Origin: a virus
Lineage: Duplodnaviria; Caudoviricetes
Reading direction: 5' to 3' (one strand)
DNA length: 57,632 nt
IMG/VR virus record: IMGVR_UViG_3300028596_000014
Span: 1 to 57,632 of that record
Under the pieces are notes generated by a model. That model ran no database searches and was not told the origin of the DNA. It worked only from the letters and a program-made list of their open reading frames with translations. Position numbers and translations under genes: made by a program. Positions 43,249 through 51,828 of this stretch are shown piece after piece; position 1 is the stretch's first letter, and every line of letters starts with the position of its first letter.

Positions 43249-43449
43249 CTACCGACGTGCGGCGGCAGCCTTCACCGCGTCGATCGCGGCGGCGCGGGTG
43301 TTGGTGGAGGCCACCCGCTGACTGCCGGACTTGCCCTTGTTGTCGAGGTAGGCGTGCCACTTACCGCCCACCTGTGACGGGGCGACGATGAAGCCCACCG
43401 TCTCGCCCTTCACCTCGACGTCGGTCCAGCCGTTGCCGATGCGTGCCAT
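43249..43449 (-). CDS. Hypothetical protein, 66 aa (paralog of 43488..43679)
   Basis: TDVEVKGETVGFI..WHAYLD. Confidence 0.7.
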   Translation of the reverse strand: MARIGNGWTDVEVKGETVGFIVAPSQVGGKWHAYLDNKGKSGSQRVASTNTRAAAIDAVKAAAARR

Positions 43450-43487
43450 CGGTCCTGCCTTTCTGTTGGGGTGGATTGCTGTTGCGC

Positions 43488-43679
43488 TCAGCCGAACGCG
43501 GCGTGCTGCACCATGCCCATGGCCTGGGCCTTGGTGATGCACTTGCCGAGCAGGGTGCTGCCCGCCTTGCGCTGGTAGTCCATGTAGGCGTCCCAGAACC
43601 CGTCCTCGGCGTTCCGCTTCACGTACCCGATGACCTGGCCCTTGACCCGGACATCGGTGTACGCGCCGCTGCGGGTCAC
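43488..43679 (-). CDS. Hypothetical protein, 63 aa (paralog of 43249..43449)
   Basis: TDVRVKGQVIGYV..WDAYMD. RBS GGAGG. Confidence 0.7.
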   Translation of the reverse strand: MTRSGAYTDVRVKGQVIGYVKRNAEDGFWDAYMDYQRKAGSTLLGKCITKAQAMGMVQHAAFG

Positions 43680-43843
43680 CCGTTCCTCCGGACGAACCGG
43701 ATGTGGGCCTCGCAGTGCGACCGCCACGGGCCGCCGGTGAGGCCGGAGACGTACCGCTCCGCCCACTCCAGCCACTCGGCCGTCGAGACGGCGCCGCTGG
43801 TGCGCTTCTTGCGCCAGGCCTCCCACTCCTGCGCCGGGCTCAC
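43676..43843 (-). CDS. Hypothetical protein, 55 aa
   Basis: Manual translation, GTGA overlaps. Confidence 0.55.
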   Translation of the reverse strand: MSPAQEWEAWRKKRTSGAVSTAEWLEWAERYVSGLTGGPWRSHCEAHIRFVRRNG

Positions 43844-44037
43844 CGGGTCACCTCGACGAGGCGGATGATGATGCCCGCGATGTCGGCGTCCCGGCCGTGC
43901 ATCAGCAGGTTGGTTGCCCGCAGGCGCTGCTCGGCGGTGGTCTCGCGCCGCCCCTGGTCCGCCAGCGCTGCGCCGACGGCGCCCCGGTAGGACGGCTCCT
44001 CGTAGGTCTTGCTCCCGACCTTGACCTTGACCTTCAC
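43840..44037 (-). CDS. Hypothetical protein, 65 aa
   Basis: RBS AAGGAG. Confidence 0.65.
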   Translation of the reverse strand: MKVKVKVGSKTYEEPSYRGAVGAALADQGRRETTAEQRLRATNLLMHGRDADIAGIIIRLVEVTR

Positions 44038-44225
44038 TCGCGTGCTCCTTCTGGCTTGATCTGGATGCCGCCGATGATGACGGTCACCCCGCGACCGAGC
44101 GCATTGCGCGCGCTCCGCCGCTCATCGGACGTGGTTACGGCTGCGTGCTCGCCGCGCAGTGCGGCGGAGAGCACGTCAGCCCAGGACCGGCCCACGTAGA
44201 CGCGGCCCTGGACTGACGCCTGCAC
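44034..44225 (-). CDS. Hypothetical protein, 63 aa
   Basis: Coupled to both neighbours. Confidence 0.55.
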   Translation of the reverse strand: MQASVQGRVYVGRSWADVLSAALRGEHAAVTTSDERRSARNALGRGVTVIIGGIQIKPEGARE

Positions 44226-44395
44226 TATGGCCGCCGCTTCGGGTTGGCCGTGTGGCCGTCACCCTTGGTCTTCGCGTCCTGCATGGTGCGGACGCGGTTC
44301 GCCGTCCAGCGGCACCCGGCGACGGTGCACCAGACGAAGAACGTCTTGGTCACCTTGTCGTAGTCGAAGTCGGTGCGGTGGACCGGCTCGCTCAT
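44225..44395 (-). CDS. Hypothetical protein, 56 aa
   Basis: RBS GAGGAGG. First gene after motif copy 8. Confidence 0.7.
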   Translation of the reverse strand: MSEPVHRTDFDYDKVTKTFFVWCTVAGCRWTANRVRTMQDAKTKGDGHTANPKRRP

Positions 44396-44416
44396 GTTGA
44401 CCTCCTCGGTAGGGGT

Positions 44417-44434
44417 TGTGCTGACATACGTAAC
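44417..44434 (-). promoter_or_regulatory. 18-bp motif copy 8 (TTGCGC-N17-TAATGT)
   Basis: Exact motif. Confidence 0.9.
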
Positions 44435-44478
44435 ATTACCCCCACCGACGGGGACGCGCAACCCCGTATCGGGATGAA

Positions 44479-46083
44479 TTACCGGCCGGGGATGCGGCGC
44501 GACGTCACGCGGGCGCTGCCGGTCCGGGCGCGCTCGGGCTTCCGGGCCGCAGCCGGGTTGCCCAACTTCATCACCGCGTCGCCCTTGAGCCGCGTCTGCG
44601 CCTGCGTGTGGGCGTCCACCATGTCGTCGTGCGCGCCGGTCGGGAAGTTGCGGTGCTCGGTGAGGAACTCCGTCACCCACTCGTAGCCGGGCTCGGACGG
44701 GTGCGGGATGAGCGTGTTGCGCGCCTCCAGCGTCGGAGTGATCGCGCGGGCGCGCACCTCCTTGCCGTCGCGCGGGCTGACCGGAATCAGGCCGTCGATC
44801 TTGCGGCGCATCGTGTCGATGACCGCCGTGCCGTTGGCCTTGTCCTCGACGAGCCGAGCCGGGACGTACGGCGCGGCGAAGGCGAGCATCTCGGCCAGCG
44901 TCTGTGTGAACGTCCACCGGCCGCGCACCTGCGCCGTGAGGATCCGGTTCGGCCCGCGCCGGACCCACCGCTGCCCCACCACGTAGTCGCTGTCGCTGTT
45001 GCCCTTGAACGCGCAGTCCCACGACTCCACCCAGGTGTCGCCCGCGTGCGGGGCGATGTCGAGCAGCACGATGTCCTCGCCGTTGGCGAGCGCGGGGTTG
45101 GTCGTCCAGTAGCGCCACCACGCCATGTCGAAGATCGCTCCCCGGCTCGGAGCGGGCCGCTGCTGGTACAGCGCGGACCACACGTACGAGCCGACGTCGC
45201 GCTTGACCCCCTCCCACCGGGCCAGGGCCTCCTCAGGCGTCTCGTCCACGAGCGGGGTCAGCAGCGGCTCGCCCTCGGCTCGGCCGAGCACGTCGTCCTC
45301 CTCAGCGAGCGCCGGGAACGAGATGACCTCCCACTCGTCCGGGTCGCCCTCGTGCTCGGCCGACAGCAGCCGCCCGATGAAGTCGTCCTCGTGCCAGCGC
45401 GTGCCGATGGCGATCACCAGCGCGGGCGGCTCCAGGCGGGTGCTCGCCGTCGAGAGCCACCAGTCCCAGACGGACTGCCGCAGCACCTCGGAGTGGGCCG
45501 CCCCGAAGTCCTTGATCAGGTCGTCCAGCAGCAGCACCTTGAAGCCACGGCCGGTGATCGAGCCGCCGACGGACCGCGACAGCACCCCGCCGCCCTCGGC
45601 CGTCTCCCACTCCTGCGCGGCCCCGGCGTCGGGCGCGATGCGGATACCGAGTTCGGGGTGCTCCGTGACCCACCGGCGCACGGCGCGGCCCCACGCGGTA
45701 GACAGGCTGGCCTCATGCGAGACCATGCCGATCTTCCACTCGGGGTGGCGCCGTAGCAGCCACAGCGGCAGGTACTGGCTCGCCAGCGTGGACTTGCCCG
45801 CGCGGGGCGGCATCGAGATGGCGATGCGCCGGTTGCCGCCCGCCTCCACGTCCTTGACCGCCTGCTCCAGCCGGGCGGCGAGGTAGTCGAGGTGCGGGCG
45901 GCTGCGGTACCCGTCGTCCAACTCCTGGGCCTGCTCCAGCGGGTTGGCAGGCAGGTTGACCTGGCTCGCCGGGAGCGCGTCGAGCAGCGCGCGGGCAGCG
46001 GGCTCGGGCAGGCCGTCGAGCAGGTCGTACACCTGCTCTTCGGTGAGCCCGGCCAGCAGGCGGGTCAGTTCGTCGTCGGACAA
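44479..46083 (-). CDS. terL: Terminase large subunit
   Basis: MPPRAGKS, ITGRG..LLLDD, TRWHEDD, SALYQQRP, SWD, VEDKANG, HDDMVDA. Confidence 0.95.
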   Translation of the reverse strand: MSDDELTRLLAGLTEEQVYDLLDGLPEPAARALLDALPASQVNLPANPLEQAQELDDGYRSRPHLDYLAARLEQAVKDVEAGGNRRIAISMPPRAGKSTLASQYLPLWLLRRHPEWKIGMVSHEASLSTAWGRAVRRWVTEHPELGIRIAPDAGAAQEWETAEGGGVLSRSVGGSITGRGFKVLLLDDLIKDFGAAHSEVLRQSVWDWWLSTASTRLEPPALVIAIGTRWHEDDFIGRLLSAEHEGDPDEWEVISFPALAEEDDVLGRAEGEPLLTPLVDETPEEALARWEGVKRDVGSYVWSALYQQRPAPSRGAIFDMAWWRYWTTNPALANGEDIVLLDIAPHAGDTWVESWDCAFKGNSDSDYVVGQRWVRRGPNRILTAQVRGRWTFTQTLAEMLAFAAPYVPARLVEDKANGTAVIDTMRRKIDGLIPVSPRDGKEVRARAITPTLEARNTLIPHPSEPGYEWVTEFLTEHRNFPTGAHDDMVDAHTQAQTRLKGDAVMKLGNPAAARKPERARTGSARVTSRRIPGR

Positions 46084-46092
46084 CGGGTCTCC

Positions 46093-46881
46093 TCAGCGGA
46101 CGGGGACGGGCGGCAGATCGAGGCCGGGCAGGCGCCGCAGGGTGACCTCGGCGGTGCCCTTCGCGGCCGACCGGCGGTTGGTCAGCAGGTCGGGCCACTC
46201 TGCCACGAGTCGGTGCGTGCCTTCCTCCTGGTAGGCGGCGTCGCGGTAGACCTGCATCCCGCCCGGCTCGGTGTAGAAGCGGGTCTTGAGCGTCACGTTG
46301 TCGAGGCGGAGCACCGCGCCGTCGCGCAGGAAGTGCCGGATCGTGCGCTCGTAGTCCTCCTTCTCGTCGAAGTTCAGCACCTCGGTGGGGTCGTGGCGCA
46401 GGGTCATCCCCCAGAACGTGCCGACGATGTGCCGGAACCCGAGGTGCGCCCGGTTCGCCATGAAGTACCCGTTCCGCACGGGGTACACGCCCCACAGCGA
46501 CACACCCTGCTGCCCGGCCATGAGAAACGCACCCTGGATCAGGCCGTCCACGTTGGTCACCGACACGAGCCGCCCGGCGTCGAGCCGCTCGATGGCCCGG
46601 ATGTCGTCGTCCGCCTGCACGAGCCGGGTGCCACGCGGGTACTGCGGCTGGATCACGTTGCGGGCGCCGCGCAGGCCCGACCGGCTGCCGTGCCCGTACA
46701 CGGCGATGTCGGCGTAGCCCGCGTCGTCGAGCGCGGCGCGGTACGTGGCGACCTCCTCGTGCAGGACCCAGACGTGCACGGCACCCCGGGGCACCCCGCC
46801 GTCGAGCAGGACCGGCAGCGTGCACTTGACCAGCAGTGGCGACCGCTCCCGCGAGGGGATCGCCACGTAGTAGCCCGTCAC
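46093..46881 (-). CDS. TET-associated glycosyltransferase (TAGT-like, GT-A)
   Basis: VAIPSR.R, DDDI, WGVYP..N, EKEDYERT, PGGM. Directly downstream of the TET/JBP gene. Confidence 0.8.
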   Translation of the reverse strand: MTGYYVAIPSRERSPLLVKCTLPVLLDGGVPRGAVHVWVLHEEVATYRAALDDAGYADIAVYGHGSRSGLRGARNVIQPQYPRGTRLVQADDDIRAIERLDAGRLVSVTNVDGLIQGAFLMAGQQGVSLWGVYPVRNGYFMANRAHLGFRHIVGTFWGMTLRHDPTEVLNFDEKEDYERTIRHFLRDGAVLRLDNVTLKTRFYTEPGGMQVYRDAAYQEEGTHRLVAEWPDLLTNRRSAAKGTAEVTLRRLPGLDLPPVPVR

Positions 46882-47798
46882 GACTCGGCTGCGTTCTCGT
46901 TGCGGATCGCCGCATTGATGCGCGGCTGCCCGGTGCGCTTGCCCTGCATCAGCCGCTCTGGCTTGTAGCCGGGCGCGGCCATGCGCTCCTCCCGCTCGGT
47001 GCGCTTCCGCCGGGCGAGCGCCGTCTCAGCGGCGTAGGTGTGGCAGTCCTTGAGGCCCTGGAGCGCGTAGTAGACCACGCTGATTCGGTAGCCGCCCGGC
47101 ACGACGACGCGCATCGGGGTGACGCCGTGCACGAGCCCCTTGCCGTAGAACATCACGGCGTAGCCGTCGCGGCAGGGCACCACCATGTCGTACTCGGGGA
47201 TGTGCAGGTGCCCGCCCGCCACGCCCCGGCGCATCACGGGCATGGCCGACCACGCCTCGAAGTTGTTGCCGTCGCGGTGGTAGGGCAGCGCGGACTCGCT
47301 GTTGATGACGCCGCTGGTCCACAGGGACTCGTCGCTCAGGCGCCACTCGGGCAGCACCTTCTCGATCGTCTCCCTGTCGGCCAGTTCGATCTCCGGGAAC
47401 GCCTCACCGAGGGCCGCCCCCATCGTCTCGCTGTAGGAGACCAGGTAGGCGTGTACGTCGGGCTGCTCGTCGGCGAGCCGGGCGAGCATGCACGCCTCCT
47501 GGCCCATCATCGGCTTGCGCGGCCGGTTGCCGAACGTCCGCGACGTGTTGCGCACGCCGGACGCGCGCGGCGTCGGGCTGGAGCCGCCCATCTTCACCTG
47601 GAGGATGTTGCGCCGGAAGGCGGCCCGGTCGGGCATGGCGAGGTTGGCGAGCACGGGCGCGCCGGTGTCGGCGTCCACGTACAGCACCTCTTCGCGGAAG
47701 GTCGGGTCGAGCGCGGGCGCCTGCGTGCCGACCAGCGCGCCCGCCTCCTCGTAGGAGAGGACGCGCTGCACCGGCACGCGCGGGATGTCGCTACGCAT
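46878..47798 (-). CDS. TET/JBP-family 2OG-Fe(II) dioxygenase
   Basis: WTSGVIN..ALPYHRD (HxD), GGHL.IPE, LVHGVTP (His), YRISVVYY (2OG Arg). Confidence 0.88.
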   Translation of the reverse strand: MRSDIPRVPVQRVLSYEEAGALVGTQAPALDPTFREEVLYVDADTGAPVLANLAMPDRAAFRRNILQVKMGGSSPTPRASGVRNTSRTFGNRPRKPMMGQEACMLARLADEQPDVHAYLVSYSETMGAALGEAFPEIELADRETIEKVLPEWRLSDESLWTSGVINSESALPYHRDGNNFEAWSAMPVMRRGVAGGHLHIPEYDMVVPCRDGYAVMFYGKGLVHGVTPMRVVVPGGYRISVVYYALQGLKDCHTYAAETALARRKRTEREERMAAPGYKPERLMQGKRTGQPRINAAIRNENAAES

Positions 47799-48561
47799 CG
47801 AACGTCTCCACGCCCAGCGCCTCGCTGATCGGGTCGAAGTCGGCCGCGTCCGGCTCGGCCTCGTCGGCGGGCGCCTCAACACCGGGGAACTCCTGAGCCA
47901 GCCAGATCTGCACAGCGCCCGCGTTGTTGTCGACGCCGTAGCGCTCGCGCAGCGCCTTGAGCCGCGCCTGGATGACGGGGTACTCGCTGACGGCGTAGTC
48001 CAGGATGACGAGCCGCCGCCCCTCGGCTGCGTACGTGTCGCTGTCCTTCTTGGTCGGCACGTCGTCCTTCTTGGTGACCTTCGGCGCGGGGGTGGCGTCC
48101 AGTTCCTCCAGCCGGGCGCGCAGGTCGTCGGTGTCGTTCTCGGAGAAGCCGACGCCGGTGTAGTCGCCCAGGTTGTCGAGCAGGTCGAGCAGGCTCTCGT
48201 CCACCCAGCCGCCGAGTTCGGTGGTGCGGTTCAGCGCGATCAGCGCGGCGCGCGCCTCCGCGTCGTCCTTGGACGCCCACCCCACGATGACCGGCACGAG
48301 CCAGTGGCCGCCCGCGTCCACGCGCACGCCCTCGGGCGGAGCGTCGCCCCGGTCGCGCCGGGCCACGAGCGACTTCTTCCGCCCGTGCCCGCTGATGATG
48401 TAGCCGGTGCGGTCGTCCCGGGCGATCTGGTCGATCACGCCGAAGCGCTCCAGCGAGGCGTCGATGGTCTCCACGCTGTGGGACTTGGGGTTGGCCGGGT
48501 CCTCCAGCAGGTGGTCGAGCGGGATGTACTCCGTGCGGCGGGGAGCGGTCTCGGTCGTCAT
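47791..48561 (-). CDS. ParB/Srx-like protein
   Basis: PANPKSH, SLERFG, IISGHGR, VPV, A.AALIALNR..ELGGW. Confidence 0.88.
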   Translation of the reverse strand: MTTETAPRRTEYIPLDHLLEDPANPKSHSVETIDASLERFGVIDQIARDDRTGYIISGHGRKKSLVARRDRGDAPPEGVRVDAGGHWLVPVIVGWASKDDAEARAALIALNRTTELGGWVDESLLDLLDNLGDYTGVGFSENDTDDLRARLEELDATPAPKVTKKDDVPTKKDSDTYAAEGRRLVILDYAVSEYPVIQARLKALRERYGVDNNAGAVQIWLAQEFPGVEAPADEAEPDAADFDPISEALGVETFDA

Positions 48562-49217
48562 GCGGTGCCTCCGTAGATCTGGGCCGCCCGGTCGGGTCGG
48601 CCGCTGGTGTTCTTGCCGTGCCAGTGCCACGTCCAGGTCCGGCGGTTGAGGTGCTCGAACTTGGCCCCCAGGCCGAGCAGCCGCAGCCACAGCGCCCAGT
48701 CCTCGCAGTCGGGGTGGGGCCACGTCTCGCTGTTCGGCTCCGGGAAGCCGCCCGCCTGCACGAACAGGTCGGTGCGGACCAGCGCTGTGACCGGCACGAA
48801 GTTGGCGCTCAGCAGCCGCTCCGGGTCGAAGGGGCGGCCCTCGGCGCCGAGCGGGTCCCGGCTGTTGTCCAGGACGCCGCCCACGTTCAGGTGGAACCAC
48901 GGGTAGACGACGTCGGCCCCGGTCGCGTCGGCGTGCTCGATGAGCGCCTGGACGTGCCCCGGGTCGAACTCGTCGTCGTCGTCGAGGAAGGCGATCCACG
49001 GCGGCCGGAGGCCCGCGTTCAGGCTGTTGACCACGGCGAGGTTGCGCATGGCCGCAGGCCCCTTGCCGTCCGTGTCCACCTCGATAGCCCCGGCAACGAG
49101 CACGTCCTCGCGGATCGACTTGCACGCGCGCTTGAGCAGCGCGTCGCGGCCGGGGATGGTCGGGATGACGACGAGCGCCTGCACGTCGTCCATGGAGAGC
49201 CGCTTCGCCTCAGCCAC
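48558..49217 (-). CDS. GT2-family glycosyltransferase
   Basis: VVIPT, G.AA.RN, WIAFLDDDD, GGF, EDW.LW.RL. Confidence 0.88.
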   Translation of the reverse strand: MAEAKRLSMDDVQALVVIPTIPGRDALLKRACKSIREDVLVAGAIEVDTDGKGPAAMRNLAVVNSLNAGLRPPWIAFLDDDDEFDPGHVQALIEHADATGADVVYPWFHLNVGGVLDNSRDPLGAEGRPFDPERLLSANFVPVTALVRTDLFVQAGGFPEPNSETWPHPDCEDWALWLRLLGLGAKFEHLNRRTWTWHWHGKNTSGRPDRAAQIYGGTA

Positions 49218-49809
49218 GGAGCCGTCCTCCCTTCCACTGGAGGAACGTCACGCCGCGCGGCGTCGGCAGGCTGAGCCGGTTGAAGCCCATCTCCGCCGCC
49301 GCGTCCGCGACCTCGCGTGCGAACTGCGGGTACTTGGTCCCGGCCGGGTCGCCGCAGTCGTGCACGCCGACGATCGCGCCCGGGGTGAGCAGCGGGCGGA
49401 TGGCGCGCAGTTCGGGCACGCGCAACTCGAACAGCGAGTCGAGCCAGGCGAAGCCGACCTCGCCCGGGTTGCGCTGCTGGAGGGCCGCGAGGCCGGGCAG
49501 GCTCTCCATCTGGACCACCTGCACCGGCAGCCCTGCCACGCGGTCGGCCGTCGCGGCGACGCGCGCCGTGTCCACCTCGAACGTGACCAGGTGCCCGACG
49601 CCTGCGGTGAACAGCACCTGCCCGATCAGTTCGGCCGTCTGCCCGAAGGCGGAGCCGGTCTCGATGACCAGGTCCGGCCGCAGCGCCTCGACGAACGCGG
49701 CAGCGAGGCGGCTGACCTCAATCTCGGTCGAGTCGCTGTCCGGGCTGTGCCAGCGCTCGGGGTGCGGGCAGTCGCGACGGGACGGGGTGAAGCGGGATTC
49801 GAGTTCCAT
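49210..49809 (-). CDS. Class I SAM-dependent methyltransferase (Methyltransf_24-like, O-methyltransferase type)
   Basis: VIETGSAFG, TFEVD, FAWLDS, LTPGAIVGVHD. Confidence 0.8.
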   Translation of the reverse strand: MELESRFTPSRRDCPHPERWHSPDSDSTEIEVSRLAAAFVEALRPDLVIETGSAFGQTAELIGQVLFTAGVGHLVTFEVDTARVAATADRVAGLPVQVVQMESLPGLAALQQRNPGEVGFAWLDSLFELRVPELRAIRPLLTPGAIVGVHDCGDPAGTKYPQFAREVADAAAEMGFNRLSLPTPRGVTFLQWKGGRLRG

Positions 49810-49816
49810 GGGTTCC

Positions 49817-49999
49817 TCAGTCGTCGGTGTCAGGGGCGTCAGCCAGGTCTTCGGCCGTCGCGTCGCTGACGATGATGTGGATGACGGTGCGGCGCGGGTT
49901 GGCGAGCGAGCCGGAGGCCAGCCCCTTGGGCGGGCGCCCCGGGTCGTTGCTCGGCGGGCGCTTGCGCTTGCGCTTGCCCGTGCCCCAGCCGCCGGTCAC
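49817..49999 (-). CDS. Hypothetical protein, 60 aa
   Basis: GTGA overlap. Confidence 0.5.
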   Translation of the reverse strand: MTGGWGTGKRKRKRPPSNDPGRPPKGLASGSLANPRRTVIHIIVSDATAEDLADAPDTDD

Positions 50000-50226
50000 G
50001 GCTTCGCCCGCAACGTGAGCACGGTCATGGCCGGGACGCCGATCGTGAAGGCGCTACCCGGCCACGCGGGCTGGTGCTCCTCGATGACCTCGCCGTCGGC
50101 CACGAGCCCCAGGTCACCGAGCGCCTGGTGCAGCGAGCGCACAGCGGCCTCGCGGAACAGCGGGTCGGCCAGGAAGTCCGTGCGGTGCCGGAACGAGACC
50201 TCGCGGATCGGGGCGGCGGCCGTCAC
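49996..50226 (-). CDS. Hypothetical protein, 76 aa
   Basis: GTGA overlaps. Confidence 0.55.
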   Translation of the reverse strand: MTAAAPIREVSFRHRTDFLADPLFREAAVRSLHQALGDLGLVADGEVIEEHQPAWPGSAFTIGVPAMTVLTLRAKP

Positions 50227-50474
50227 GAGTGCATCTCGTAGTAGGTGTAGGCGCGCTCCTCCTCGGGCACGGACTCGTCGTCGGCAAGGTCGCGCCGCGT
50301 GAACGTGTCCGGGTTGACGTCGATGCCGAACTCGTTGGGGAAGAACTCCTCCAGGATGCGCTTGTAGACGCCGTCCATCTCGGGGTGCTCGTTGACGGGC
50401 TCGGTCAGGGTACGCACGCGGCCGACGGACCAGCCGTTCTCCTCGTCGTACCAGCCCCAGATCTTGTACGTCAT
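50223..50474 (-). CDS. Hypothetical acidic protein, 83 aa
   Basis: RBS GAGGAA, ATGA overlap. Confidence 0.65.
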   Translation of the reverse strand: MTYKIWGWYDEENGWSVGRVRTLTEPVNEHPEMDGVYKRILEEFFPNEFGIDVNPDTFTRRDLADDESVPEEERAYTYYEMHS

Positions 50475-50623
50475 GCGGGCTTCCTCTCGTTCCAGTAGAT
50501 GCGCCGGTCACGCACCGGGCACTCCCAGCCCTTCGCGCCGTCGAAGATGACGATGCTGCGCTTGAACGGGTCGATGTCCACCTCGCGGCCGTCCTCCGGT
50601 CCGCCGACCACCTGCGCCTTCAC
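50471..50623 (-). CDS. Hypothetical protein, 50 aa (VVGGPEDG)
   Basis: Manual translation, overlaps both neighbours. Confidence 0.55.
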   Translation of the reverse strand: MKAQVVGGPEDGREVDIDPFKRSIVIFDGAKGWECPVRDRRIYWNERKPA

Positions 50624-51018
50624 AGCGCGGCCTCCTCGTCGTCGGTCATCTCGGGCAGGTCAGCCTCGTCGCGCAGCGCGTTGATCCGCTCCACGAGCAG
50701 CGCCTTGGCGCTCTCGCCGTCGATCACGGTCGCCGTGCGCGGCACGCCTGCGCGGTCGAGCAGGCTGTTGGCGGCCCGCTGCCGGTCGGCGCTCTTGTCC
50801 GCCTGGACCATCTCGCGGGCGAGCGTGCTGATCGCCGGGTCCACCAGTTCCAGCAGCCGCAGAGCCGCCTTCCGCCGCACCTGCGGGGCGCTGCCGCCGT
50901 GCGTGGCGCACACCGTCCCGCCCTTGATCGGCGGCCGTCCGCAGGGCTGCCCGTTGGTCCGCTTGGCACTGCACAGCCTCTTTGCAGAGGTCCCTACATC
51001 CATAGGTGCATCACTCAT
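50620..51018 (-). CDS. Putative terminase small subunit (HGG Zn-finger)
   Basis: CSAK...G.PC.......C..HGG and RAANSLLDRAG, upstream of TerL. Confidence 0.65.
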   Translation of the reverse strand: MSDAPMDVGTSAKRLCSAKRTNGQPCGRPPIKGGTVCATHGGSAPQVRRKAALRLLELVDPAISTLAREMVQADKSADRQRAANSLLDRAGVPRTATVIDGESAKALLVERINALRDEADLPEMTDDEEAAL

Positions 51019-51274
51019 CGGAAGTACCCCCTATACGAAACATGCTCCCCAGCACCTCGGTAAGGTGCGGATCTGGGGCCTGCCCTACCGGGTCATGGCT
51101 CCCATCGCCGTGGGAAAAGGCCAGGCGACTCGTCGAGTAGGCCTCTACAGAAGACCGCTCCAGCCTCAGCCGGTTGCGTACCCGGCTGGACATCTTCAAC
51201 TTGCCGGACTTCGCGAGATACCAGACACGCTGGCGGGACACGCCCAGGTATTCGGCAGCCTCTTTGACTTCCAC
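51011..51274 (-). CDS. MerR/excisionase-like HTH protein
   Basis: VKEAAEYLGVSRQRV..L..SGKL. RBS AGGAGG. Confidence 0.8.
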   Translation of the reverse strand: MEVKEAAEYLGVSRQRVWYLAKSGKLKMSSRVRNRLRLERSSVEAYSTSRLAFSHGDGSHDPVGQAPDPHLTEVLGSMFRIGGTSDE

Positions 51275-51490
51275 AGCGGGTACCTCCTATACGTAACATG
51301 CGGCCGGGGAGGAGCCGCTGTAAGGGATGATACACACGCGAGCGCCCCGCCCACGCCCGTGGCCCCTGTTGGTCAGGTGGCTTGGACTAGGACGGGGCGC
51401 TCGGCTTCCCCTGGTGCTCGGGCTGTGGCTCCCGGGCTCCTGCTGTGCAGGCTAGCACCTGCTGTCGCAGAACACTTGAAACCAGGGTAC

Positions 51491-51646
51491 TTAGTACGAG
51501 CGCCGGGTCGTGCGCCGCTTGCGGCACCGCGAGCAGATCTGCCGCGTGTGCCCCGTGTGCGCGGGCCAGACCATGTCGGTGATCGAGTACAGGCGCCACC
51601 GGTGCAGCCCCAGCCAGCAGGCGTACGCCCACGTCGGGCGGCGCAT
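51491..51646 (-). CDS. Small Cys/His protein
   Basis: C.LGLHRW...CSRC. Confidence 0.55.
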   Translation of the reverse strand: MRRPTWAYACWLGLHRWRLYSITDMVWPAHTGHTRQICSRCRKRRTTRRSY

Positions 51647-51828
51647 CAGTGCTGCCCGTGGCACTTGAAGCCCTCGCAGGCCGGGCACCAGTCCTCGGTC
51701 TTGGCGCGGTTCTGCGTCCACCCCTTGCGCGCGGCTGCGGCACGGGCGGTGGCCGCGTCGCGGGCCGCCGTCGGGATGCCCCGGCCGCAGCAGTCGCACC
51801 GCAGGTGCGTCGCCTTCCAGGCGGTCAT
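51646..51828 (-). CDS. Small Zn-finger protein
   Basis: CDCCG...GW...DWCPAC. Confidence 0.65.
   Translation of the reverse strand: MTAWKATHLRCDCCGRGIPTAARDAATARAAAARKGWTQNRAKTEDWCPACEGFKCHGQH

Noticed and set aside
47791-48561. ParB as a plasmid-prophage partition system
   Set aside because: No ParA and no repressor. The context is the ParB-TET-terminase association.
49210-49809. Methyltransferase as the C5-cytosine DNA MTase feeding TET
   Set aside because: It lacks the FxGxG, PC and ENV motif order of C5 MTases and looks like a small-molecule or glycan O-methyltransferase.
51011-51274. Excisionase implying a temperate lifestyle
   Set aside because: No integrase or att-like duplication was found, and such HTH proteins are common in lytic actinophages.
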